A stretch of DNA of 63,537 bases, filler included, from Atractiella rhizophila (lineage: Eukaryota): the NCBI GenBank assembly GCA_021432655.1. It is 6 parts of 5 records of this genome, joined end to end, with 100 filler letters (N's around TTAATTAATTAA, not from the genome) between each part and the next. Parts side by side here need not be neighbours in the genome. Positions count along the whole stretch, not along the records: positions 18,032 to 39,294 come from MU271333.1; positions 39,395 to 44,480 come from MU271344.1; 4 more parts are not named here. One strand, given 5' to 3'. Positions 27,329 to 39,994 of the stretch are shown here, one piece after another. The notes below the pieces were generated by a model, which saw nothing but the letters and a program-made list of their open reading frames with translations, was not told the DNA's origin and made no database searches. A program made the position numbers and the translations under genes. The first letter of the stretch is position 1, and each line of letters opens with the position of its first letter.

Positions 27329-27616
27329 CCTGACTCAATCGCTCCAAGCAAAACGCAAAGCAAAAACGCAAAGCAAAATGCAAATAAGGGGACGCGCCTT
27401 AACCAATATGATATGACCCTTATATACCCAGCGCTGAGGCAGAGGGGCAAGCCGATCGATGCCCGTGAAATCTGAGAGAGTGGGAGAAATCCAAGTTGGC
27501 TGAGAGATGGAGAGGACACCGGTCACGAGTCCGATGCCCGAACTTTCCCCGTCTCGTTCTGAATTCGAACTACGGCCATCCTTCGCTCTTCTCACGTGAT
27601 TGAAACGCTTTAAGAG

Positions 27617-29499
27617 ATGGCCACACCAAAGCCTGCGCCAAAGACGAGGGACGACACGCGTCGTACCGCAGAACGCGCAGGAACAGTCCCCCGTGAGTCG
27701 TTTAATGAGCGAGTTGCCAAGCGAAAGTAACGAAGATGAACAGGATCCCTGCGCGTCCTTCCCGTCCCAACCATCCACTCCATCTCCCGTCCCTCCACCA
27801 GTTATAACCCCCCCTCCCGCCGACAGCCAGACTCACACGCGCACTCAAATGCGGATCCGGACGCGCTCCATACGCCCACTCTTTCCAGGCGCCGTTCCGC
27901 CGACAAGGGCAACTTGAATCGCATTCCTCCTCCCCTTCCCCTTTCCAATAAGCCATTCAGGACAGCATCTCCTCCTCCACTCTCTCGCTCCGAATCAACG
28001 TCCGATCTTTCCCTTCCGCGGCCCGTCACTGGCACTCCGCCAAGATTGCCATTACCCTCTGGATTATCAGGCAGAGACGACGATGAGGTCGATGAAGGTC
28101 AATCAACACCCGTGCGGAATACATCCGGTTCGAGGGCAAAAGAAGCCAATGACGAGAAGGGGGAGGAAGATGGAGGAACGCCTACGCGCTTCCAAAGGGA
28201 CAATGGCGACAAAAACGCCGCAAGCGTGAAGAGGAGGACGCTTCTCCCTCCCCCTCCTTCCTCCGTCTTAGGAAAGCGGAAAGCCTCCCATCTCCCTCTC
28301 CCTCTTCCCTCTCTCAAGAAACAAAATCCGCCGGACATTTCTCTTCCCTCGCTGCCACCTTCTCCGCTCCTTCCTCTTCCCTTTCCCACTTCCGCTTCCA
28401 CTTCCACTCTGAAAGCGAGGACGAAAACTACGAAGGAACCAGCATCTGTGCTCGTACCTCCCTCTTTGGCGTTTAAGGTGAGAGTGAAGAAGGAAGGCGA
28501 GGAGACGAAGGTGAAGAAGGCCTTGAATCATCCTCTGATTGGAGAGACGGAGGATGGAGATGAGGGGAGAGGCGGAGATGTGGAGAGGTGGGATAGTCCG
28601 AGGAAGAGGAGGAGGGGTGATGTCGTCAAGTATGTTCTTTATCTCTACCCTCCCTTTCTCTCCCTTGTCTTTGGTTGCTGGATGGGCACCTTTCTTTCTG
28701 TTTCTTTGTCCGCAGTTTCTTCGTTGCCTGACGGAACACAAGATTGATTTTTCTCTGTGGAGCAGGAACGGACTGAGAGAGATGGCTCAACAAATAATCA
28801 CCCAAGGTTGGTCTCACCTCTTTGCCATAATTTACCAAATAATCGTATTGACGAGACATTATGGACACAGCCAACTCTCGACACGCCCTCTGGCACTCCT
28901 CCCTCTCCCGTTCCCTCTCCTCCCACTCCCCACACCTGCCCCTCTCCCTCTCCGCGCTTGACCCCGCTCCTTCCTTCGACATCCAGATAAAACGCCTTCT
29001 CCACTCACCGAAGACCTCTAAACTGCTCCTCTTCGCCTGCTCACCTCTCTCCCCATCCCCATCTCACACAGGATTCCTCTCGCTCTCAGTCCGCTCTACC
29101 GGCCCTGCGAATGTAACTGCGACTGCAGATGCTCTGAATTCCAGCCCCGCCACTGAAGGAGAAGGAGAAGGAGCTGGAGCTGGAGGTAGGGCCGGAGAAA
29201 AAGAGATGATACTCGCCTGTTCCCTCCCCACACAACTCAAAGGCGCACTCCTCACCCTCTCTCCTCCCGACCCAACCAACGAAACGTCCAATCCAAACGC
29301 AAAGGCAAATAGGAAGGATAAGGACAAACGGAGTCGGAGTGGGATGCTGGTGCCAAGATCTGTGGAGGCGGTTGGAGGACCAGGATTGGGGGACGGTTGG
29401 AGGGATAAGGAGGTGGTTGTTTGGGAACCTGTTATTTGGGACTGTGCGAGGGAGAGAGCGGTGGTGGAGAGATGGGCGGTTGTTGTTTCGGGAGGGTAG
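27617..29499 (+). CDS. Hypothetical Pro/Ser-rich protein (multi-exon)
   Basis: ATG at 27617; a GTGAGT..CAG intron joins the 27914-28747 frame; later exons NGLREMAQQIITQ and ANSRHALW...ERWAVVVSGG. Confidence 0.6.
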
Positions 29500-29826
29500 G
29501 GTGAGTGCTGCGTTTGGTTTGTCGCTTGATTGTGATTTGCCGGTGGTGGGTCGAGAATGCATTCACATTTGTTGTTGTAACCTGAACAAAGCTGGAGCTG
29601 TCGCAAGTTGCAAACGTAAAAATGCACAGTGCAGCACAGGGCACGAGCACATCACGGCTTGTTGTTCTGTCAGGAGCACTTTGTGCCCCATTTCGGTTTC
29701 AAAACAATCTTTTCAATGTTACCAAAGTCGGCTGCAAAACACTTTTAGCTAGACGCATGAGAATTTTAGTTAAAAACTTGAAGGTCGGAAAATTCTAAAA
29801 CTTCATCTTTCTCATACGACATTGGC

Positions 29827-31519
29827 TCACGAATGTCTGCAGTAATATCTCAGACGCCGCTCGCACCACAACCAGGAACACTCACAAACTTTCACCCCGC
29901 GGTGGGCCAGTGCTCCTCTCAGCCTTTCCTCTGTTGCCGTATCAACTTTCTTCTGTTGTCGCCATTCCGGTGGCCCAGGATCTTCATGTTGGAGCAGAAT
30001 GGACAGGGACTGTAAAGCGGGCAAAGCCTTCTGGACACCGGCGGTTTCCAATCTTTCAGTGAATTCCGAGAGCAGATTGTCAAGGTCCAACACTCTCACC
30101 CACGTCCACGAACGCAAATCCAAAGTCGCTCGCTGAGTGGCAGAAGTGGTGGAAGCAAAGAGGTTGTTTAACATTCTAGGATCTGTCCAGGCTCTGTTAT
30201 CAGAAAGATGCAGGGACCATCGTGGGAAGTAAGACATCAGTCGCGCAATCTGACAAATGGCATCTGTCGCGTTGTACCTAGAGCAAGTATGTATGTCGAG
30301 GATTACGTTCTTTGGAATTAGTTGTTGCGTGACAATGTATTCAAAACTGTGCTTACAGTTGTCCATCATCCCAGCGGGGAATCTGTCACCACCAGTGAAC
30401 ATTTTCATTTCCAATCGTGACAGCGACACCGGTGGCAAAACGATGGCAAAGAAGTCTTCAGCTTTGCTACAATGAAACAGTTTGACGTCAGAGAGACGGG
30501 CAATGTGTCGATGTTCGACGCCGGGAAGGGACAACAGTGACATGTTCACCAACTCGACTTTTCGAAGATGTTGAGATTGGCAGATGTTAGGAAATATCTG
30601 GAAGAAAGAAATCTTAACAGTCATGTTTTCAAACCCGCCATGACAGTAGGAACAGTCGAAAAGCAGAGTTCGCAGTCTGGGAAGCACGACCAGAGGAGTG
30701 TTTAGTGGAGCAAGTTGAGCGTCCTGGGAAATCTTCACGCGTAGCTCCAGCAAGGAATTGGCTACATGGCCGGCGCAATCAGCCATTGCGTTGTACATAG
30801 GTTGCTCTGAATGACTGTAGTTCAGTTCCAAATAGGTGACATTCATGGATGAAGGAGGAGTCGCCAAAAGAGGCACAAAATTGAAGGAACGGTGACGAGA
30901 GTTTATATCTAGATGTAGAAGGTTTGATAAGTCAACGGGGGATCCTCCAGCGGGTAAAACAACACGTCCGTGCAATCGTAGATATCGTAAAGATTTTGAG
31001 GAAGCTGCCAGATGCGGGAAAGTCTGTAAGAGATCGAATGCATCGTCCTCGCTGAAACGATGAATGAGAGTCATGTGTAGGCTTCGTAAATGAGGAAGGG
31101 GGGGGGGGGGGAAAGGTACCCATTGATTGAAGCTGCTAACTTCACTGGTCCGAATCCAACCAATGTAAGGACTCGAATGTTCCTGCATCGTTCGACAACG
31201 GTCTGAGCAAACGAATAGAGTGAACGGTCTTCACAATGTGAGTCCAATACGCGCCAGTAAAGAATCCACACAGCATCAGCGACCGCCGTTTGTCCTATTC
31301 AAGGCTTTCAGGGAAGGATCTGGTTCGCCGCCTTCTGACCTGTTTGCCTTGGCTTGCTTCGCAAATATAATCTGTGTCGACCACCCGCATCAGAAGTTCT
31401 CGAGAAAGATCGTTCCATAAACGACAAACGAGCGAAGTCTTATTGTAAGACGGTCGATTGCAGAAGCGTGTTGTCGCCCGAAAATTCGACATTTTCATGA
31501 CGTCATCAATGGAATACAA
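29827..31519 (-). CDS. F-box/LRR-like protein, frameshifted at a C14 tract; 5' end uncertain
   Basis: F-box-like TSLVCRLWNDLSRELL (31295-31519); LRR units RCRNIRVLTL, LPHLRSLHM, LRYLRL, LPRLRTLLF, LPALQSLSI. Frame changes at the G14 run 31098-31111. Confidence 0.6.
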
Positions 31520-32306
31520 GAATCCTTCGATACGTCAGCTTCGAGGAGGGAGCAACCATCCCAAGGGGAATCCCATGGATACACCTAATGGAAGAATTGG
31601 GACGATGGACAATGGTCTGCCAAAAAAGACGAAACTCGAATAGGAATCTCAGTACCCCACCTTCTCGATGACAATACCCCTGGTCCAAGTTGTGGAAAAC
31701 TGCACGGGAGATTCGTGGACAGCCACCTGCATTGGACAATAATAAGTAAATGTACAACGACTCTCCGTGACTGTTCTGGAGTAGCTGTTCAAGCTGAGGA
31801 ATATGTTGTCAAACAACGGGCAATTCAAGTACCTAAATTGTGCTCTGTTCTACCCTAGTCGTCACTTGAGGCTACGAAAGCAAAGGAGCAGACAGAGAAT
31901 TCCACGAAACTAAAGTACTATGACAAGAATGCACAATGTCGACAAACATAAGGAACAGGAAAATGTCGAGCTGAGTGCACAATGTTTAATGCTACTCAAG
32001 GTTCGAGGCCACAACTGAAGCCTTCTGAGCTCAGCACAAACGGCACACTACCACCTGAAATAGTGTAGGGTTGGATTTTTTCAGTGTCGAATTTAGTGCC
32101 ACCAGTTGCTATCAGTATCCAGCTGGTGCTTTCGTGGAATTCGATTGTCTAGTTCTTTTGAGTGTGCAAAAGTGTCATAATGGTGTCGATCATATGGTTC
32201 GGGCCTTTTTGATCATCAGATCCTAGTTGGTGGTAATAGGGGCTGATGAGGTTCTGCCACTTTTAGCTTAACAAGGGCTAAGCAGACGGGCTGGCCATAC
32301 TCATTT

Positions 32307-35300
32307 ATGGCCCCTACGCCTCCCTCCGCCGTCGGCGGTTCCCCAGTTCATGCACTCGTCGCGAAGTTCGAAAGTCAACAGCGGGTGGATGGTAGTGGGA
32401 AGCAGCAGAATTCTAAGGACGATATTGAACGTCTTAGGAGGGGTAGAAGAGTTAGTGTGATTGTAGAAGAGGACAGAGAAAAGGCAAAGGACAGGAGAGG
32501 TATGTTAATTCACCTTCTGTTGAGAACCCTGTACAAGGACGCGGACACTTCATTTGTTCTGGTGTGGAATGTGGAGTTGCTATTGAGATGCTAACCCACT
32601 TCAGCCCCTTCACGCCAGCTATGCTTTCATGCGCAAAGTTCTACAGATTCGCTGTCTTCGAAGCTAACGCTGTTGTCTTGTGATGGCTTACAGCGTCTCT
32701 CCCAATTCCATCTTCAAGCCGCTCACCTGCGCTTGCCTCTCCAACCTCTCCAATAAAACTGAAAACAGTCCTACCAACTGCCCTCCAAAGCCCTAATGCG
32801 GTGCGGATTCATCGACATGCCCCAGCTCCTCCGCGGACCACTTCTCCAGAGCCCATGGCAGCTGAGCATGCAGAACCCTCGAAACGAATACGAAGCGATA
32901 CGAAACATAATGAACACGAACAGCATTTACCTATCTCTCCTAGGAGGACAGCTCATTCTCCACCTTCGCCGAGAAGGGAAATGAAAGGAGAACATGAGAC
33001 AAAGTCACGCAAGCATGATATACACGAATTGGAACGAGTTACGAACCACGCGAACGACGATCGGAGTGCCAGCAAGAACGTAAGAGAAGTAGGAGGGGTG
33101 GAACGGATGAAAGAAAGGAGAATGGAGGAGGGACCGAATCGCGAACGACCGAAAGATGCCACACAGCCGACGCACAGAAGAGATATCATCACCAACTCTC
33201 CCCCGCGCATTCCCAAGGGACAAGCAACGCATCCCCTCCTCATCCCTCCCACGCCTCTCGAACCAGCCCTTTCTCGTGATGGCCTAGCGCCGCCGTACAT
33301 GCCTTCACCCCATTCGCATCACAAGAGGAAGGATGCGTTTGACGTCACTCAGGCAACGAGGAGGCTGAAGGCGGAACCAGCGAGAAATTATTTGAATGTA
33401 GATAAAGCAGAGAGGATCACGGTGCGAACGAAAACGGGCGAAGTGGAGGAGGTAAAGGAAGTAACTCCTGAAGAATCGAAATGGAAGCCCACCTCGCCCA
33501 CATCTGCTGCGACACAACACAAGTCTCCTCCCAAGCCCAGGAATGAGCAGAAAGCTCCCACTCGAGAGACAACTCGGGAGTCTCCTCAAGGCCCATCTCA
33601 AAGCCTGTCTCAACTTAATCACACCCAGCCTACGCCCGGCAATAAATCTCGCCTCTTAGACCATCCGCTCCGCCCTCCCCCTCCTCTTCCTGCCGAGTAT
33701 GGACAGATGTCTTCTACACCGCTGGATCCACCGTTGCGAACCCCAAAGATTGATTTTTCCCCTTCGTTAGAACGACGGCCATTACGTCCTTCACCTGGAC
33801 CATTACAGAACGGAAGATCACGTTCAGGAGATCATTACGGGCACTTAGCGACCCACGGTTCGCCTCGTATGGTTTCTTTTGCTGCCTCTTCGAGGTCAAA
33901 ATCGATATCGAACCTCTCCATGCTCACCAAGGACATTCCTGCGTCCTCGGTCTTCAAATCTGACGCGCTCCCACTCCACCTCCCTGCACTGGATGCCTAT
34001 CTTAATGAAATTGGACCTGCCAAGTTCACGGATCCAGAGCAATTCATGACCCAGAATGGTGGCGGAGAGGAGCTGAAGAGGTGGAAAGAGTGGGTACGAG
34101 GTGGGGAGAGCGAGGAGCAGAAGGGGCTTTTTGGGAAGATTGGTGATTGGGTCGGAGGAATTTTTGAGAATGGAACAAAAGGGGAGAAGCTGGAAAGACG
34201 GACGTTTAAGAAGTTAGAGGAGGCCCCGGATGATGAGGAGGATAAGGACGAGTTGGATGTGCCTGAGAAACCCACGATAGTTACGAAGGCTTCAGTCGAG
34301 CAACAGTCCTCCACCTCCTCCTCCTCAAACATTCGGAACCTCATCTTTCCACCTCTTCAACTCATTCCTCCCCGACTTACAATCGCGGATCTTTTCTTAA
34401 ATCGTTCGAAGCCTCCGCCTGTCCTGACCCTTGATTCAGTTCTGGGAACAGCCATAGACGGCGTGCTAGGAGCAGAGGGCTCAGCTTATGCTGTTGCCCT
34501 TGTCAATGTTGAAATTTTCAGGGACTTGATCCAGATGATTGCATACAGCTTGGGACTGATCAGCTCTCGTTTCTTCGGAGTTGCGACCGGCGGAAAACTT
34601 GTGTTCCCTAAAGATTCCAAAGACATGGAACCATGGAAGCGATTGGTCTTCGTTACGATCCCTGGAATCCTATCCCTGGACTTTATCAGTGCTTTTGGCA
34701 AAGCTATCCTCTTCTTCTGGCTCTTTATTGGGCTCACATTCCTAGGATGCTACGAGTTTTGGAGGATGACAGGCAAGGGTTGGAGCTTCGGAATCGGATG
34801 CGGAGACAGCTTACCTTCCTTTGGTTTCAAAAGGAAGAAAAAGTTGGATTCATCTGGAGAAGGAGCAGGCTCATGCACTAATCTTGAGCCTGAGAAGGAG
34901 CATCCACTCAACGAAACGGAGAACATGAAGATGTCGATTTCCCACCAGCTTGAAGGGTTTGACGTCGACGAAACTGTACGGGAGAACAGGTCGTTAAATA
35001 AGAAGGGATTCAGAGATGCGAGGTGGTACAAGATTACTGTCGTCTTTATCATCTCCTCCCTATATATGCCGTTGTCTAAGATATCAATCTCGGCTCTCCT
35101 CTGGTCTTCTGATTTTTGGGCGGTCTCGAATCCATACCTCGAAAGCGACTTCCCTACCTTCACGCCTCTGGGACCTCCTGACAAATACCGAGATGCAGAC
35201 GACTTCTGCTATACGACCACAATGAAGAAATCCCAGCATTTCTTCGATAACTTCAACTGGGCTCCATTCATTCTTGTCATCTCCGCTATCAACATTCTTG

Positions 35301-37961
35301 TCGTCACCATCTGGCTCCCGCTTCGCCTTTGGGGAGTGATCAAAGAGGTGGCGCCGAAGGTTGATAAGTTCAGCGAGTTGGGAGAGAGAAGGACTCCAGA
35401 GGAGCGCAAAAGGGAATACGAGCGGATTGTTGATAATGATGAAGGCGAATTTAACTTCTTGTACAATTGTCAGTGTCTCTTCCATATATTAAACCTGCAG
35501 ACTGAGTAAGGGTTCCAGCGTATCGATATGAATGGGCTGGATTTAAAGCCATTTAGTAAGTTGGATGGCTTTCATCATCTTTCGCTTCAGGTTGACAATG
35601 TAAATAGCATGGCAATCAAGCTCACCACAGTCATCATTCTCACTGTCTTCAGCAAGGACAATTGCCTGTTCCGTTCGGCGACGCGAGACAAAGTGTCGAT
35701 CTTCAGGCAAGCAGTGCAGTTAGGTTTCATGGTCGGCTTCCTTATTATCCAAACGATCACACATCCCTTTATCGATCGAATTCAAAACAACAGCGACTGG
35801 GTCTCTCGAGTGGGATATGTAGTCATCGCTCTTATTGGGCTTTTTGTGGCCATAAAGTCTCCTGCAGCAAATGCCCTTAACGGACCGGTTTTACTCATCG
35901 CCACTATCACCGTATATATTTTCAACGGATACTTCTCGCTGATCCATACGGGTTTCGCCCAACAAGCAGTCAAGCGGTTGCAGAAGCGACTGGACTTTAG
36001 TATCGACCTGTTCTCCCCACACTTGGATCTCGCTAAGCATGTTACACGTCGAATCTGGCAGGAGACTTTTTCAACTATGTGCGTGCATCTTGATTTGTGA
36101 CCGCAGTCGCTAATGAAATATAACAGCCTTCTTGCCGCTCCCGAATACCAGATGCCAAAGAACAACAAACTCATCTTCTCTGAATGCTCTAAAGCTAGCC
36201 CGTACCTGTTAGGTTTTGAGGGAACGCAGGGCGAGCGACATGCCGAGAATGTCAAGGTATGATTACTTTCAAGCTCAAGGGTATTTGCTGATTGTAATAC
36301 AGATCCTTCGGGAAATAGGCTACGAAGATTATGTGAGAGGCATTGAGAAGAACCACATCATGGAGAATAAACAGAAGGACCTTTGGACTAATATATTCAT
36401 GGAGTTCTCTGGTCCCGACTGTTACTGGCGACCAACAAAGACCCCACCACCTCCGGAAGTCAAATCGTTCTTTGGACGGGTCAAGGTCATTCCTTTCCCT
36501 TTCGCGGTTTGCATGAAGTACGATCAAAGCCGGACGATCTGCATGATCACAGAGTTGGACGAGCTCGAAGCTTATGTCGCTCAGAACAATGACCCTGATG
36601 TCCAACTAAAGCGGAAGGTGCGACAAGCCCTCCGCGTCTTGGACGGGAGAACAGTATATCATCCTCACACCCAAACCGATCTCGTGGGGACAAGAGTCAC
36701 TCTCCCGTGGCAAAAGTCAAGTTATTCTTTGCAAGTGCAGACTTCGTATCGTACTGACATGCTCCGAATCGAGCGCAATGCAGATCTGACTTGGAGAGGC
36801 TATAACTTTTGCTCGGGATTCAACGTCACCATCGATTATCGGGACGGTCAAGGTCGAACACCAGACGGCGGTCTGCAGCAAGGAAAGGAGTTAAAGCTCG
36901 ATGCCACCGGTCTGGGCATCTCCGACGATTTCTCGATCTCTCCTGTATTGGCAAACCTCTTGCGAGAAAACAAGGAAGCCATTAATCAGGGTCTTGAATC
37001 CCTTCAGAATATTCTGCTCGAGCATCGAAAATACTTTTACGATCTTGCGACTTGGAAGCGTCGAGTCCTCTCATACTATTTCTTGATGGACATCAGTGCA
37101 CAGGCTGGTCTCTCACCTGTTCAAATTCGCCAGGTGATCGATCGAAACGAGCAGGCCACGAAAACTCGCAACTTGCCTTTGTGGTATTACGGCTCTATGG
37201 CAGTGCTCCAGGAAAGGCTGGCTGCTGTGAATCGTTCGACGGTTTCTCAGTTTTGGTACATTCTTTGGGATGACCTCTGGAGACGTAATGGAAACGACGT
37301 TCCTTCTATTGGGAAGCATCCTTCCCAGTTCAGTCCCTACTATCGCTCTTCGATCTGCTATCATCCTCTCTCCCGACCAGATCTTGAAACCTTCTTGAGA
37401 AACCTAGGGCTCTGGGTCAATGAGGGTCGAAGCGGCTATTTCACGACCGGTTTTCTCAATCGGATCTACCTCTTCCTTGATCAGGTTGTGTTCGAGAATG
37501 CTTCAGCTCAAATACCCATCAAAGTCGGATCAGAACCCTCACAGGTTCCATTTTCCGACCTGGACAGGCACCTTCCCCACCAGATTCACGAGGAAGGGAC
37601 TCACCCTAAACACGTCCGCGCCGCAAATCATTCTGACGCGACGCAGTTCACCTATGACACAGGCGCTGGAACCGATCATGACGACCCTAACATTCGCCCA
37701 CGCAGGGCATTCCCATTCGAAGAGATCTACGATGATCGTGGCTACGAATTCGTAAAGGGTCAGAGGCGTTTGGCTTTGAAGCAATGGCTACTCGAAAAAC
37801 CCTACGTCGCTGCAAAGACATGGCTAGGTCTGAATCCCGTAAATCATCATCACATCGACGGCCCTGCACCGGGCGTATACTTCTCACTTAGGAAGGCTGA
37901 GGCTGGATGGGAGATTCCAGCTCATCTGAAATCTTCGCGCGCTTCTCACGTTGGACAGTAA
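32307..37961 (+). CDS. Very large multi-pass membrane protein of unknown function (disordered N-terminus, central TM block, soluble C-terminal domain)
   Basis: Long exons of 902 aa and 581 aa linked by short GT-AG introns; several hydrophobic segments between 34480 and 35950. Confidence 0.75.
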
Positions 37962-38232
37962 CGTCTCTTTGTTGTCCCGCTTTTTCGTTTTTCGATACGC
38001 TTTGTCTTGTTGACTTCGGATCCATTGACAGTTTTACATTATACAGGTGTATTTTGGTACATTTGTGCGGAAGAACATGTTGTAATCCTAGCATATAACA
38101 CTCACACATACCCTAATATCAGCAGCTATGAAGACTTTCTAACGACAATCTAGAAGGAGTGTTTTAAAGGATTTAGGCTAAAGATGACGAGACCCTGTAA
38201 CCTGTGTCACGACAACGTTTGCGAAGGCACTA

Positions 38233-38922
38233 TCAACTCACTCCTTGATTGCTCTTTACAACATGCTTCGTCTGAACCAGCTGATTAAGGGCTAAGCGGA
38301 TTCGATTCATCGTGATTCGAGTTCTGTGCTTGCTGATTTGCTCGGCTGATGCGACAGCATGAACTGACATACTAAACGACCGAGATGTGCCTACCTGTAC
38401 TGTAACGCGTGTAAACAACGGAAATCAGAAGATAGGTCAGGGAGACTTACATTCCCTCCGGCTGTAGTCTCAGCTCCTCCAGTACCGCTTCCATCTCCAA
38501 ACGATGAGACTGCTGCTCCCTGTACATGATTGGAAGGGTGTCAATAACCTGACTAGTGAAGTTCTACAATCAAACACGATGAGAATTGCTGGAACGACGA
38601 CGAAGGGTACATGAGTGCGCACGAGCAGAGCTTTCTTCCCTATCTTGCCTTTCGAATTGGTGGACGACCCGCCTTTGGAAGGGACTGGTATCGAGGACTC
38701 GACCCGAGAAATTTGTCCTTGATCGCTGATAAATGTCTCCTCGACTCCTGTGCGCGATTCCATCACAGTTGTTTCGCCAGCTGGAGTCTGAGAACGGAGA
38801 GGCTGGACAGAAGCCATCGAGCGTTGTGGTTGCTGGCGACGTTGTTGGAATATGGGTGCCAGGGCGAATGAATGGGCAGTCGGCGCTTCCACGAAAGTTG
38901 TGGTATAGGCATTGACTTTCAT
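38233..38922 (-). CDS. Hypothetical protein (multi-exon, start uncertain)
   Basis: ORF 38470-38922 with plausible GTGCGC..TAG and GTAAGT..CAG introns leading to ORF 38233-38418. No family recognised. Confidence 0.4.
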
Positions 38923-39994
38923 ACCGTAAAGAAAGGAAGCAAATGATTCGTTGAAGGCATTAATGCGTCCTGTCAGCTAAGAAAAAGTTAGTTTTCTGCA
39001 ACACAGTAGATACTCCAGGACAGGGTATTCTCTCCGTAGCGAAACTATGATGGACGATATCAACAGAGGACGAGAACAACGGACTTGTCTTGGACCCCAA
39101 AACCAACTGGCTTGGTAAGTTAGTTAAGGATTGCGGCACGATACGGTGGAGAAAAGGCCGTCATCAACGCCTAATAGTGAATAACAACGAGTGAGGAGAG
39201 AATCAACATCGCAACATTAGTCGGCGAGAATTCAAATCGCTCTTCCCGCCGTGGGGGTTAAAGCCGTATTGTCCAGACACATAAAGCCTCAAAGNNNNNN
39301 NNNNNNNNNNNNNNNNNNNNNNNNNNNNNNNNNNNNNNTTAATTAATTAANNNNNNNNNNNNNNNNNNNNNNNNNNNNNNNNNNNNNNNNNNNNCTCCGA
39401 AGTCGAACCACGATGCGAGGAAGTCACGTCATTGAGCCGCTGGCAGCTCAAAGGATTGGGGTTGTTAACACTGGTTAACAAGTGCTAAAGATGAAGGGAA
39501 TAATGCAGGAATAATGCGGAAAACATGAGAGAGATGTCCTGAAGACGGCGAAGCTCGACGGTCCGTAGCGCCTGGTAGCTATGATACCTTCTCGTCCCAT
39601 CACATCTGAATGTTATTTGGTTGCGTGGATATTCCAGTTTGAATATAGGCTGAAGAATGTTGTGACAGCAATAGCAATAACGTTGTGCAAAGAGCTGCGC
39701 CGAATCCCCTGGGCTCCCGGCATCCACAGCAGCAGGACTTGGAGCTCAGTTTGTGGACAGGACAAAGGGTACAATTCCTTCCTTTGACCAAATGATCTCG
39801 TGAAGAGACTCTCTTCTGAATGTTGGATATCCTGTATTCGAATTTGGAACACTGCTCCATTGCTTCACCTTCGTTTTTGCGATTCACTCCCAACACGCTA
39901 GATCATCATGTTTCCCTTCTTCCGTTTGTCAAACCGGGATTCAAAATATCTAATACATTCAATCTAAACTGCATCTATCCTCACATGTTCACCC

